The position numbers and the translations under genes were made by a program. Below are positions 1-13,609 of a stretch of 64,000 nucleotides of DNA, piece by piece. How positions within the stretch are numbered: the stretch's first letter is position 1; each line of letters opens with the position of its first letter. Source of the DNA: Salpingoeca rosetta (Eukaryota; Protista; Choanoflagellata); NCBI GenBank assembly GCA_033442325.1, contig JAWQFM010000026.1, positions 1 through 64,000 of the forward strand, read 5' to 3'. The notes beneath the pieces are model-generated. The model saw only the letters and a program-made list of their open reading frames with translations. It made no database searches and was not told the DNA's origin.

Positions 1-218
1 TTTGGCACGTTTGTGTCTCCTTGTGTGGAATCTTTTTATTTGGAGAATACGCGAACGCAAGCGGGGGGCTCGGCATTAGATCGCATTTCTCAACGAGCAG
101 GTTAGATGTATTTTTTTAATTGTTGTAGTTGTGTGAGTGTATGATTATCCTAATCTCCTATTTGACTTAAAACCTAAGATCTATTCGCTACGGCCATTGT
201 TCTATATTCTGCGTGACA
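1..218. mobile_element. Possible terminal fragment of an LTR or other transposon, truncated by the window edge
   Basis: AT-richer, microsatellite-free sequence unlike its flank. It ends in ...GCGTGACA (LTR-like CA end) just where composition switches. Only one end is visible. Confidence 0.3.
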
Positions 219-519
219 GAACAAACACATGGGGGTGGGTGATGATGATGATGATGTGCTTGTTGTTGTGTGTGTTGTGTGATGGCACAAGCACACAGAG
301 GTCAACCCCAATCACACACACACACACACCTCGTCGTCAATCAACGCATCTGCCTGACATATGCGCACACGCACACGCACATCTGCAGTCACACACAGTG
401 TCACACATGGCATTGCAGAGTGAGACGGTACAACACCATGCACACGCATACACAGCAATGCAACCACAACCACCACAACGACAACGACAACATATCTCCC
501 CTCATCTCCATCCCCCCAA

Positions 520-1924
520 ATGCACGGTCACATGACCAGGTGCACAGCCATGGTGGGGATGATGGCCATGATGAACGCCTTCCTCTCACTTCCCCTCAAC
601 CTCTTCCACCAAACACACACAGCATTGCGTGCCCTCACCTCGTGCATCGTGTTGCTGTCGGCGTGGTTGACAACGATGCACACACATGTACACACGCACA
701 CATGGCCGTGTGTGTTCCCAGTTGAGATGAGCAACGGAGGGAGAGAGGAATGGGCGACACGACACGACGGCCAGTCAACCCCAGCCAATCCAATCCAGCA
801 TCAACCGCCGTGTGTTGCCTGCTGCAGTCATCATCACAATCACACAATCACAGGTACAAGCAAAAGGCATGAGCCACATGTGACACCACCATCACACGAT
901 TCACGTGCATGTGCATACGCACTCCCCATCCCCCAACCAACATCATCGCCCTCACTTCCCTTCCCTCTCCCTCCTTTCGCTCAGCACTCCCACGTCGCCT
1001 CATCACCACCATCACCGTGTTACTTCCTCCTCCCCCTGCTTCCCACCACTCCACACAACCCAGCCCACCACCAACCAAGCAACCATCAACGATCATCCTC
1101 ACCTGTGCTTGGTGCAGCCAGCCAGCCAGCCAACGTGCCACAGCGAAGCCAGAACAAAAGGGAACCGCAATCACATGCCACGGCCACCATCGTCATCGCT
1201 GATGGAGCAGAAAGAGGAGATGAAAGGGGAAGAGTGGTGGGCAAGGGCCGTGTCCTTCTTTGTCTTCATCGGCGCAGCCCCAAACACGGTGCACAGCACA
1301 CAGGCACACGCACGGCCATCATCACAGCAGCACCAGTAGCAGCAGCGAGCCAGCTTGCCCTGCGTGTCTGTGAGGCAAGGAGAAACCAACCAGAGACGAA
1401 CAACAATGACCGGTGATGGTAAGGACAGGAAAGGAGGGGACAAGGGACCACGCATGGGAATATGCAGCATGATGTGGGCGGGGTGCATCACCTACACACA
1501 AGAACAACGAAGCAAGCACCCACCAAGCAAGCATCCAACAAGCAAGCAAGCAAGCAGGGACACGATATCACCACCACCACTATATCCACCACTGCTGCAA
1601 TACCTGTGTTGGCCGCTGTCTCGATCAAGCCTCAACAGCTCCACATCACATGGGGAAGGCTGATGATGATGATGACACAGAGCAAAGACGATTAGTTGGG
1701 AAAAGAAGGGGATTCGGTTGGGGAAACCCGCACACGCCCGCCTGCAGCCACGCACACATGCACATTGGGTTGTGTGATTGATTCATGTGAGACACACGTC
1801 AGTGCAACCACCCCACAGCCAATGACTGTTTTGATGTGTTGGCATGCGTGTGTACATGCGTGTACGTGCGTGTGAATGAGTACTACCACCCCATCACCAC
1901 ACACACACACACGCACACACACAC

Positions 1925-1972
<48 letters not shown>

Positions 1973-4900
1973 CCCCAGCGTCTCACCTCGTGCCTTCTTT
2001 TCTCACACATTTGTGTGTGCGTGTATCGCCCTGCTCGTGTCATGAGGGCTTGGGAACAGAACGGCCACCGTCCTGTGCAAATCACATGCATGTGCACATG
2101 CGCAAGCACAAAGAACCAAATCAGCAAGAATGACACCACGCAGTGAGCCAGCATGGCAGAAACAAACCACATCCACCTCCTTTGTCACATTCACATCACC
2201 CACATCACCACCTGTGCACGCACATTCCAAACACAGATACACACCACCACCACCACCACCACCACAAGCATCACACCTGCACATGCGTGTGCGTACGCAA
2301 GTCCACATCCACCACAAATCACTCACCACCATCATCATCATCATCGTCATGCGAGGCAACGGCACATCGACGCACATTACACCCTCTGTACGTGTGCGTG
2401 TGGAGAAAGAGGTGAGTTGTCACAGAATCAGGCTGTCAACGACAACAAAACCCATTGCCACCACCAACAGACCCAATGACATCCAACCTACACCTCACAA
2501 TCACACACATATACATGCTGATGTACACACCCAACACATCACACACCACCCACATCACCACAACCACCACCGCCATTCATCTCACCTCCACATCCATGGC
2601 AGCAGCCGCTGCTGCTGGTGATCAATGACGACGACGACGAGCAGGTGGAGATGGCCCAGAGGCAGAGGGCCCGTTCATCCAAATGCAGCCAGCCATCAGC
2701 TGTTGCTGCTGGTGTTGTTGATGGTGGAAACGGTGAAAACAAACAGCCCCTTGCCACGCCGTGTCCATTTGCTCGCTCGCTCGGCTGCTTGCTTGGTCGG
2801 TTGGATGGAGACGGGATGCATGGCCCTGTGTCCAAATCAATCGGAAAAAGGGAAAGGGAGAAGAAGAAAAGACACATGAGTGGACAGAACAGACAAGGAA
2901 AGAGGGAAGCGAAGAAGGAAACACAACGTGTCCAACACACACACACACATCTCAGTTGCCCTCTCACCTCCATCACTCGTCATCGTCATCGTCGTTGGTT
3001 CCACAGCTTCATGTGCCTCCTCAACGCTGTGGTGTGTGTGTGTGTGTGCACAGACACAAGAAGAGGAGAATGCAGGGGGGGGTGAGGTTGACAGCGAAGC
3101 ATCATCAGCTACACGCCAGCCTCACCAAACCATCCGCATCGACACACAACCACACGCACACATGTTATCCTCACTCACCACCATGCACACACACGCACAT
3201 TGCTCACCTCTTCGTCAGAGCGAGTGACATGTGCATTGTCTGCCTCACGCCAGATCAGGGCTGGCGTCGGCCGGAGTGTGATGTCGGCTGTGCAGTCGAT
3301 GATGATGACGATGACGGTGACGGCCGAGCTGAGGTGGAAGAGAGGAAAAGGAGAGAGAAATGGGGAAGGGTTGATGATGATGAGGATGTGTCGTTCATGG
3401 CGGCTTCCTTCCCCTCCTCTGATGTGGCCCTGGTGCCCATGCAACCAACACACAACGACAAGACACAACGACAACATCACACACAAGGCGAAGGTATGGC
3501 ATGTGAGCACAGCAGGCATGTTCACCTTCCTGCCCCCTCCTCTGCTTTCCTCCTCGCCCCACGACACACACACACACACACACACATACACCTGCGCATG
3601 ACTGCGTCGCTGTGACTGGATGTGCCCACCATGACCATGGACGTGTGTGTCCACAGCTGCTCCTCCCAATCCATCATGTGTGTGCACCGCCAACCATCCT
3701 CCAACGATCCTCAGGCAGTCGCCCCCTGCATACATGCACACACGCACACATGGCATGTGAGCTGCACAGCTACACTGGTGCACGAGATACAGCAGCAGCA
3801 ACACCAAACACCCACAGCAGCAGCACCAACACATGCACCATACGCCAACCAAAGCATGCATGATGGGCTCACCTTGCTCGCATGTAGGAACACTGCATGA
3901 ACACAGCGACGGCAGCTGAATCAGGGGAGTTGCAGCAGCAGCAGCCGGCATGCGAGCCCGCTTCCATCAACATCCTGATGTGTGCTGGTACCTCACCACC
4001 TGTGCATATGTGTGTGCGTGCGTGGTTACAGGGAATGTGGATGGGAACAGAACACAACAGGCACAGAGCAAGCCATCATGTCAGCACAGCAGAACGAGTG
4101 ATTGACATCACACGCACCACGTGTGTGTGTGTGCGTGTATGATCATCATCCCCCATCAACCCTTCTTCCCCTTGTTCGCTTCACCGCACCCCATCACCAC
4201 ACTCCATCACACACCCAACCAACCACCCATCACCACCCACATACCATGTGTGAGACGAGTGCAGCTGGCACGCGTGGCAAGTATCCTCAACATTTCCCTC
4301 ATCCTGCTGTCTGTGCGTGTGCATCGCCTGTAAGTGTGGTTGTGTGCGAGCACCAGCATGGCGAGTGAGTGGGAGGGAAAGAGGAAGCATGGATATGTGC
4401 GCAGTCACACTGCTGCTGTCACTGCTGGTGTTGTGCATGCATGTGTGTGAAGGAGGAGAAAGGGAAGAGAGAGAAAACAGAAAACAGAAGGGAAGGAACA
4501 AGACATGCTGCATCCCCATCCATCCATCCATCCCTCTTCCTCACACCACCACACACCATCGTCCTCTGTCACCAGCCACACCACACCACACCACACTCAC
4601 CCAGCATCCCCCACCCCCACCTCATCCATCCATCCATCCATCCAGCCAACACACATCTCCTCTCCCTTTCCCCTCTTCTTCTCGCCCTCACCTCTGCTAC
4701 TTCTGCTTCCAGCCGAAAATGCAACTTGTGCTGTCGCCACCTGTTACCAGCTGCAAACAGCCAGCTTCCGCCAGCAGCAGTGGGCGATGGGTTGGTTGGT
4801 CGGGGAATGTGTTCAGCAGCAAGTGGTGGTGGTGGTGCATTCTCTGCTGCTGCTGCATCGGCGGTGGAGGGTATGTTGGCTGCTGCTGCTGTTGTTGTTG

Positions 4901-5000
4901 TTGTGATGGCCGTCAGGGAGGGCGAGAAAGAGCGGGAAAGACGAGCAGTGACTGCAAGTTGGAGAATGTGCAGGTGTGCAGGCAGTTGTGTGTGAGAACG
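520..5000 (-). pseudogene. Degraded exon-like remnants of unidentified gene(s)
   Basis: Short GC-rich blocks, several with minus-strand splice-like ends (e.g. ~4247-4328 cacttacag|...catg|gtatgt; ~3873-3975 ...caag|gtgagc; ~3592-3725 ...cag|gtgtat). No consistent open frame and no recognisable motif. Confidence 0.3.
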
Positions 5001-5199
5001 ACGAATGAGACAGCGCATCAAGCAAGGCAAAACAGGCAGCCACCACACACACATGTACACGTTGATGTGGGATAACAAGGGGGAGAGACAGGAGCAACAA
5101 AGACAGCGATCACAGACACGCGCACTGGTGCTGTGCTCATCACACACGCATGCATGTGCAGAGATGCACTCACGTTGCTCATCGCTTGCTTGTTTGTGT

Positions 5200-5881
5200 G
5201 TGTTGGTGTTGCTGCTTCCACAGCCGCACAAGCGTGGCTGGATGGTCATCGCATGGCAGCGCTCGTCTGTTCATCCCATCAGAGCAGTGGTGGTTGGTGC
5301 AGGAGGGGTGACATCTGCTGGCTCAAGGGCCCTATGTGTGGCGACAGCAGAAGGAAGGAGAAGCAAGCGTGGAGGGTGGTATTGGTGCCGGTGTTGAGGA
5401 TGGGAAGGGAAGGATGTCAGCAAACACACATGAGAAAATGAGGAGGTGGTGATGACGGCGTGTGGATGGGTGGAGAAGAGAACACGCACGTCGACACACA
5501 CGCACACACACACACACACATACACACACACACACACACATACACACACACACACACCTGCCACGCGTTGTCGCCGCTGAACAGGTTGATCCTGGCAGAC
5601 TCCAGCGCTGACAGTAGCAAACAACACAGACAAGACACACGAGTGGCAGATGGTGAGAGTGGTTGAATTGACACGAGAACAAGCGAGCAACGCACACACC
5701 ACATTATACTCACCACACTCACTCCACAACTCCCTGTGCCAATGACTCGCTCCCTCACCTGTGTGCACTTGGGTGGAGAGGGACTTGAAGAACTTCTCAA
5801 ACACAACACAACGCGTTTCGGCATCATCTCCACCACCTCATCAGGGATCGACCGCAGGATCCTCGGAAGCTGAACGCAGAG

Positions 5882-5961
<80 letters not shown>

Positions 5962-6442
5962 NNNNNNNNNNNNNNNNNNNNNNNNNNNNNNNNNNNNNNN
6001 NNNNNNNNNNNNNNNNNNNNNNNNNNNNNNNNNNNNNNNNNNNNNNNNNNNNNNNNNNNNNGAGAGGAGAGAGACAAAAAAAACATAGAGCGTCACGCAC
6101 TGATGTGGGGGTGTGTGTGAGTGCGCTCGCAGACAGCGTGTACAAAGAGCGCGCTTTTGTTTTTTTGCGTGTGTGTGTGTGTGTGGTGGTTTGAGTCAAA
6201 CACATACACAAATACACATACCTCTAAACCGACCTCGCGCGTGTATATATGCATATAATGAGCGAGTGAGATCGCTGAGCGCGCGCACACACCTCGCGGC
6301 CCTCTCCTGTGCTATTCACACTCCCGAAAGTGTCACATTCGCGCACGCCCAGAGAGGGGCACACGTGTGCAAAAAGCAAAAGCTATAACATCGCTTCACA
6401 CACACACAAACAGGGAGAGGGGGGCATCCACACAGTGTGGGG

Positions 6443-6511
<69 letters not shown>

Positions 6512-6690
6512 CACGCACACACACACACACCATGTGCCATTCATCCATACGCACCAGCACGTAGTGGTCGACGACAATGACGGGATGGCACCCGCAGCCA
6601 TGATCTATGAGGAATGAAGGGGGGTGACAGGAGATGGAAGGCGGGTGAGAGCACGAACAGGATCGAAATCATCTGCAACACACACACACG

Positions 6691-6762
<72 letters not shown>

Positions 6763-8636
6763 CGCACGCACGCACGCATCAGGAGTGGCAGCCAAATCCA
6801 TCCACGATGAGCCCAAACTTGGTCTTCAGCGCCAGATCCGTGCACGTGTACTTGTTGAACTCTTCTTCTGCCTGCGTACACGAGGGGTCATATCCAATCT
6901 TCCCCCTCACGGCCCATGCGCTCCTCGCCAAACCACTGGCACGCGCACACCAACACAATGTCCCTGCAAACGCACAAACACAGGCGATGTGTGTGTGTGT
7001 GTGTGTGTGAGGTGGATTCAGACAGACACACACGCAGCACCAAAATCTGTTGATGCCAAGGCAACGCACGACACACACACGGAACACACGATAACACACA
7101 ACACATCACACGCGTAGCACACCACACCTGCCGTTGTGCAGCTTGGGGAGGTGGTTGAGCATGACATGAGAGCGAGCAGACTTGGTGGTGCCCCTGCACA
7201 CCAGGGAAAGAAGACACACGTCAAGCAGCGGCACCACAACAGGTTTGGAGTGAGATTGCAGGGACACAAGAAGGGCGAGTGGTGGTGCAGTGAGCGACAC
7301 CGAGCCCTCAAAAACCAGCAGCAGCAGTGAACATTGAACCCCACATCACACCACGTCACAACACGCACGCATGCACACATGCACAGACCTGAAGATGACG
7401 AGGTATTTCCTGTTTGTGCGGGCGGAACGCGTCGTTACTCCGGTGTGAATGAATGCCGTCCAGGGAGCAGAGTGGCATGGACACACCGAGGCCATTGCGA
7501 TGGTGGAATTCGCTCAGGCCAACCTGATGCAGGTGGTGATGCGAAACAAGGCGGCAAGCAACAGCAGTCGTCGATGGTGAGCGCAGGCACGCACAGTCAT
7601 GTTCCAACACACACACACACATTGTACCTCTGCAAGAATGGGGTGTTCTGCATGCCAGGGAGACATGGTGCGTCGCTGTACTCAAACAGGATGTGGTTGC
7701 AGCCCTCTTTCCAATACGCAAGTCTGCCATGCATCATCACATGTATTGTTGTGTGTGTTTGGAAGGCATTCACGAGCGCAGGTCCTCTCACACGCACGAC
7801 ATCAAGACCCACAAGCACCACCAGCACCACAGGCAACAACAAACCACCCCCTCAGCTGGAGAGATTGCGCTCGATGGCTGCGCTCACGGGATGCATCGAC
7901 TCAATGTTGCCAGAGTACGTGCTGTGCATGCAATCTTTCAGCCGCAAGCGCGCAAACACAATTATGAGGTGGTGGTGGGTGATAGTGACTGCTGTGGAAG
8001 CCCGTGCATCTGCACTGACGCGACACACACACAAGTCACACACACACGCGCACACACACACACACACACACACACAATCACACACACACACACATACATA
8101 CACACACACCTTCACACCAGCACGATACGTCGGTGCATGGAACGAAGAGGTAAGCCTTGGACAGGTCATCGGTGCTGTACGGCCGTCACGGATGGCGGTT
8201 CGGATGGCGCGGTAGATGGCTGGCAGGGGCGGCCTCTTCGTCAGCAGTCAGACGGTACACGTACACCTGGAATCGATGCACGCACGCATGAACACGCAAT
8301 CATAACACACACGCAGACAGAGAGTGTGAGGTCATCATGCTGCAGTTGCACTCCATGCCACGTCGTTGCTGTTGCTGTTGCTGTGTTGGTGGGTCTTCAC
8401 CTTGAACGATGGGCACGTGCGAAGAGGATCGACGGATATGCCGTGCGGTCATCGCTGACATCAGGACCGCCAATGGCAGTGCGATAGTGCAGCGGCATCT
8501 CGGGGCAGTGCGTTCTGGTAACAGTGGTGGTTGTGGTCGAGACGATGGGTGCATTTGTTGTGTGGTGAGGCGCGCGGATGCAAGGGGATGGGAGGAGTGT
8601 TGGGAGATATCTGGAGATATCTGCAACAAACCGCTG

Positions 8637-8706
<70 letters not shown>

Positions 8707-10337
8707 TACACTGTGTCAAAGAGTTCGTTCTCTTCGGCAGACATGATGCTGTAGAGACGAAGGCGTGAAGAGAACCGCACAGAAGGATTGCAAGACGATA
8801 GCGAGTGATGAGTGGTTCAGTGTGTGCAGGTACACATCAGCAGCAGCAGCAGCAGCAGCAGCAGCGGCGGCGGCGGCGGCGGCGGCAATGCACCCGCAAC
8901 AACAACACAATTCGGTGCTCGCACCTCATGTCACCATCATCCTTGTGCCGGAGCAGCGTCTCCCCTTCCTCTCTTCAGCTTCCAGGCATAACCTGTGGCC
9001 CAAACACGCACGAGGAACAGAGATTAGGACTAACAATCGCAGCACAAGATCAAACAATGGCACACGAATAGCAGACAGCAGACGCATGGAAGAATGACCA
9101 CGTTGACGTCACATATGCACACACGCCTACACATACAGTGTGCGCATACTTTTGAAAGCATTCGCTCTGTCCCGCCATGAGCAGCACCTTGCCAATGTTA
9201 TCAACGCTCTGCTCCGTCGACGCAATCAAGGGCATCCAGTGGATGGCAACCTGGTCGTTAACAGTGGCGAAATGGGTGTTGCGGTGAGCGAGGGAATGTG
9301 CGCAGGAGTGATGAGCCGTCATCACACGGTTGCCGAGCGTAATGAGAAACACACACACACACACACACGTCGCTCACTCTCATGATGAGACGTGGGCATT
9401 CCATCATCATCCCGAGCATTCGCGCGTCACACATGTCCAGCGAGATGATGCCACGCAAGCGGGCTGCTGTGGGGTGTGTGCGTGAAAACCACGTGTGCAT
9501 GGGGCAGGTGATGAGCACCTACAGCGTGTATGCCATGTGAACTGACTTGATTGCAAGCTGGGGGATGAATGATGTGTGACCACGACAGAGGACTGACCGA
9601 TGTCAGCGCAAATGCTGTGATTGCTCGCTCCGGTACCGCTCTGGAGGTGCGTCCCACTCAAACGTGGCCTTCTGTATTGCTGGTGCCTTGGTCTCCGCCA
9701 CTCTCACTTGCCGATTCCTGTCTGTTTGTTGTTTGCGTGGGAGGAAGAGACGATGCATCCGTGAGAACACACGTGCCAACAGCACCAGCACCAGCACCAG
9801 CAAGGCAGCAGCAGTGACAGCAGTGGTTGTGGTTTGGATATCGGATCACCACCGTGCACTGATACACACACACGCGCACAACACACACACGAGCGGAGGT
9901 GTGATTGCACCCACCTTGCAGGTGGCCGTGAATGACACTGCTTGTCGCTTGCCTTGTGGTGTGCGTATGTCAGCGGCACGTCTCAAGAGCGTCGTTAGGT
10001 TTCTGCAGGCCACTGCCATATCCAATCACAAGAGAACAGCACACATGTTCACGTTAGCCAAGCACAACAACGACGACCTGACGACGACGAAACCACCACT
10101 TTCAGCAGACCCACAGCCCCCTGCACACATCCTTGTGCCACAAGAAGAAGGAAAGAAGGGAGTCCACACCCACACCCACAACGAAGCGGCAACAGCAACA
10201 ACCGACAGCACTGCCACCACAAACAGGACACCGCGTCCCACGTTCACGTACTTGGTTGCCTGACGCATGGAGCGAACGAATAGTGCCCAAGAAGAAGAAG
10301 AACAATAAGCAGAAGTCGAGGGAGGAACAGTGGGCAT
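5200..10337 (-). pseudogene. Exostosin-family (GT47) glycosyltransferase pseudogene, multi-exon
   Basis: Ordered exon remnants match the EXT/GT47 domain: QVYVY..IYRAIRTAI..YSTDDLSKAYLFVP (~8110-8270); RLAYWKEGCNHILFEYS (~7650-7725); RKYLVIF (~7390-7415); LNHLPKLHNG (~7130-7195); CTQAEEEFNKYTCTDLALKTKFGLIVDGFG (~6785-6905); MAAGAIP/VIVVDHYVL (~6553-6601, frameshift); LPRILRSIPDEVVEM/VFEKFFKSLSTQVHT (~5758-5870, frameshift); ALESARINLF (~5558-5608). A signal-peptide-like RLLLIVLLLLG lies near 10290-10337. Linking the 8400-10337 exons to the same gene is inference. Confidence 0.8.
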
Positions 10338-10404
10338 GATGTGTGTTGGCTCACCTGAGGATCGTTGACGTGACGCCTGCTTTGTGTGCATGTGTGTGTG
10401 TGTG

Positions 10405-10453
<49 letters not shown>

Positions 10454-10946
10454 ATGTGATGTGATGTGTCTGTGCTTGTGTGTCAGAGACCTTTCTTCCA
10501 CATTGGTCTGGTTGGCTGTTGGTGACTGGGTAGCGATCACCAACAATCTCGTCTTCCCCTCTCCCACATCTCTCTTCTCCCCCATGCTGCTGTTGCAGTG
10601 ACTGCCACATCACCCCCTCCTTCCTTCCTTGCCTTGAAGAGAACAAGAAGAAGAAGAAGAAGAAGAAGAAGAAGAAGAAGAAGAAGAAGCGAGTGCAAGC
10701 AAGTTTGAGCTGCTGCATCTCCACAGTCGTGTCTCATCGACTGATTTCAGCTTTTCCCGTCTTCTTCTGCACAAACACGCACAACAGACGTTTGTCGTGG
10801 CTGGTTGCACACAATGCACACACACACACACACGCTGCATTCGCTGCGACGAAATGCATTCGCTGCGACGGAAAGGAAAGGATGGATGGGGAGGTGCGTG
10901 GTGGTGGTGGTTGGTGGTGGTTTGGTCACACTCAGCCACAACAGCC

Positions 10947-10982
<36 letters not shown>

Positions 10983-11370
10983 GGGAGCAGCTGGGGGATA
11001 TTGATGATGATGACAGATGACAATGACACATGCAATCCATCAAGCAGACGAGCAAGCAGGCAAGCGAGCACGCAAGCCAAGGGACGTGTATTCATTCACT
11101 CCGCTTGGACGAGCGACACGTCCACCACGTGGTGCGTGCGTGTGTGTTGTACTCACTGCTCTGCCCTCCTTCACACTGTTCCTCCCTGCCTCGCAGTCCA
11201 CTCTCCCTTTCTTTCCTTTGCACACCCCTTGCTTGACCTGCTCTCTGCACCCCCTCTCTTCTCCCCCCCCTTCACTCACACGGCTCAAGTCACATGCCTC
11301 TCACCTCCCCCTTTGCTTTTGGCTGCAACGCTGCGCGTCTTCATCTTCAACACCACCACCTGTTTTGCAG

Positions 11371-11939
11371 GCTGACGATGAGGATGATGATGGTGGCTTG
11401 AATAACAGTATCGTGTCCTTGAGCGGGTGCCATCACCGTGTGCAACGGCAACAAGAGGCACTTCCTTCTCTCTCGCTCTGTCTTGGTATGTGTGTGGCTG
11501 ATGGCGTGGGGGTGGTGTTGCCTGGGATTTCCACTCCACTGCACTGTACCTCAATGCGCTGTGTGACGCGACATGCACACCACAGTTTGCACTCCTCCTC
11601 CCCCACTTATCCCCTCTGCAAGTCCTTGTTCTTGTCAACCACCTCCCCTCGTCAATCACACCCCCCACACACACTCTCTCCTTTACCCCTGTCACGATGT
11701 GTGCTTGCTTCAGAGCAGGCCGCTGACATTGTCATCACCGCTGTCAGACGGCGGTCGGTGCAATACACGGGCATGGAGACAGTGAGCCAGCCCGTGGTCT
11801 CCAGCGTGGTGGCTGGAATGTGCACTGAGGCGAAGGATCCCACCACCACACTTTCGCTTCCATACCACCATGACTGACACCACTGGCACTGCTGCTGGTT
11901 GACACGCACCAGCAGGCATCGCTCCCAGCGCCACGCAAG

Positions 11940-11976
<37 letters not shown>

Positions 11977-11987
11977 TGTGTGTCTGT

Positions 11988-12045
<58 letters not shown>

Positions 12046-12950
12046 TTGAATTCATTTGCACTCGTTGCCCCTCCCGCATGTCGAAGCAACCACGCACACC
12101 GACCACCCCTCGTCAATACAACACCATTCAGCGCCCCAAATGTGCTGATGCAGGGCTGCACTGGCACGTCGTGCACGACAGCTTCTCATCGTCAGTTCTC
12201 CCTTCTCTCCTTTTTTTGTCTTCACACAGGTCGCATCACCCCCGCCCAGTGGAGCGCCTGCATCTTACGCCCCACCCTCCCGTTGCACGCGTGCACACAC
12301 CGATTCCGGCCCAGCGCAGGCTGTGCTGCAGCAGCCAACCACCCACACACATCGTCGCCGTATCCCCGCATCAACCAACCGCAGCCACCGACAGCCACGG
12401 GCATTGCACCTTTGCTGTGATTGAGTGCTGCCAGCACGTGGCCCCACCTCAACCTGCCACATCATCATCACCATCCCCGACACTGCCATGTGTGTGTGTG
12501 TGTGTGTGCATGCATGCGTGTTCACGCCATCGTTAACCACACCACGCCAACACAGCAACAGCCGCACTGCTTGCTGTCCTGCGCGGCGTTCTGGCGGTGC
12601 ACTCAAGGCCCTTTTGCCAGCCAGCTGCCCGCTGCTGCTAGCTGTGCTTCTCCCTGCCCATCTCAATCACATCAGCTTCAACCACAACTGCTGCTGTGTT
12701 CCGCCACCTCATCTTCTGCCAGCGAGGCATCACACCGCGGCCACAGCCGTCACTGCACGCTGCCGGTTTCAAGCAGCTCGCTGCGCTGGATGCTGTTGGC
12801 TCGTGGACCACCACACCGTTGTTGGAAGAGGGATTGGTCGTGATTGTGGCGGTTGATGTGGTGGTACTGCACGCCATGACAACAACAGCGGCAGTTGATG
12901 AGGTGATGGTGTGTTTGCGCTCCTCACTGGTTGCAGCGGCAGCAAGGAGG
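11371..12950 (+). pseudogene. Degraded plus-strand exon remnants (one piece weakly MMS19-like)
   Basis: Splice-bounded blocks (11371-11484, ~11714-11940, ~12230-12480) with stops. PVVSSVVAGMCTEAKDP loosely resembles the MMS19 'F..AM.GEKDP' motif. Weak. Confidence 0.25.
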
Positions 12951-12959
12951 TGGCCACCG

Positions 12960-13244
12960 TGTTTCTGGTTCGCATGCATGTGCTGGCCAACGTGGCGCAG
13001 GAGCGGTTCTTGGACTACGACAATGACTCTGTGCCGTTTATGAAGAACATTCTCCACCACGCAAACGACAGGCAATACCGCATGCTGCGCGGCCTGATGG
13101 GCGTGTCTGTTTGCAAGGACATGTTTGCGCCGGATGCACACGACTTCATGCGCATTATGCAAGCCAGTGCCGCCCAGATTGAGGAGGATGATCCACAACC
13201 CACATACATCCACACAAGGTGCGCTCAAGGCCACAGAGAGAGAG

Positions 13245-13326
<82 letters not shown>

Positions 13327-13523
13327 CGTGAACATGTGTGAACATGTCGCTTCGTCGTTTCCCTCCTTTCTCCACTTTCGCCTTGCCAAGCCTCACCGCC
13401 ACCCCTTGTCGTCCTGCCGCGTTCAGGCTGTTGAGTCGCTGCTCGCTGTGAACACCAGCGCGACCGAGAACTGCATCTCCGTCTTTGTCAAGATTGCACG
13501 CAACCCAGCACACGGCCTCTCAA

Positions 13524-13609
<86 letters not shown>

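Noticed and set aside
10836-10872. Tandem TGCATTCGCTGCGACG x2, and similar short duplications at ~37843-37890 and ~37956-38015
   Set aside because: Two or three local copies with no independent evidence of function.
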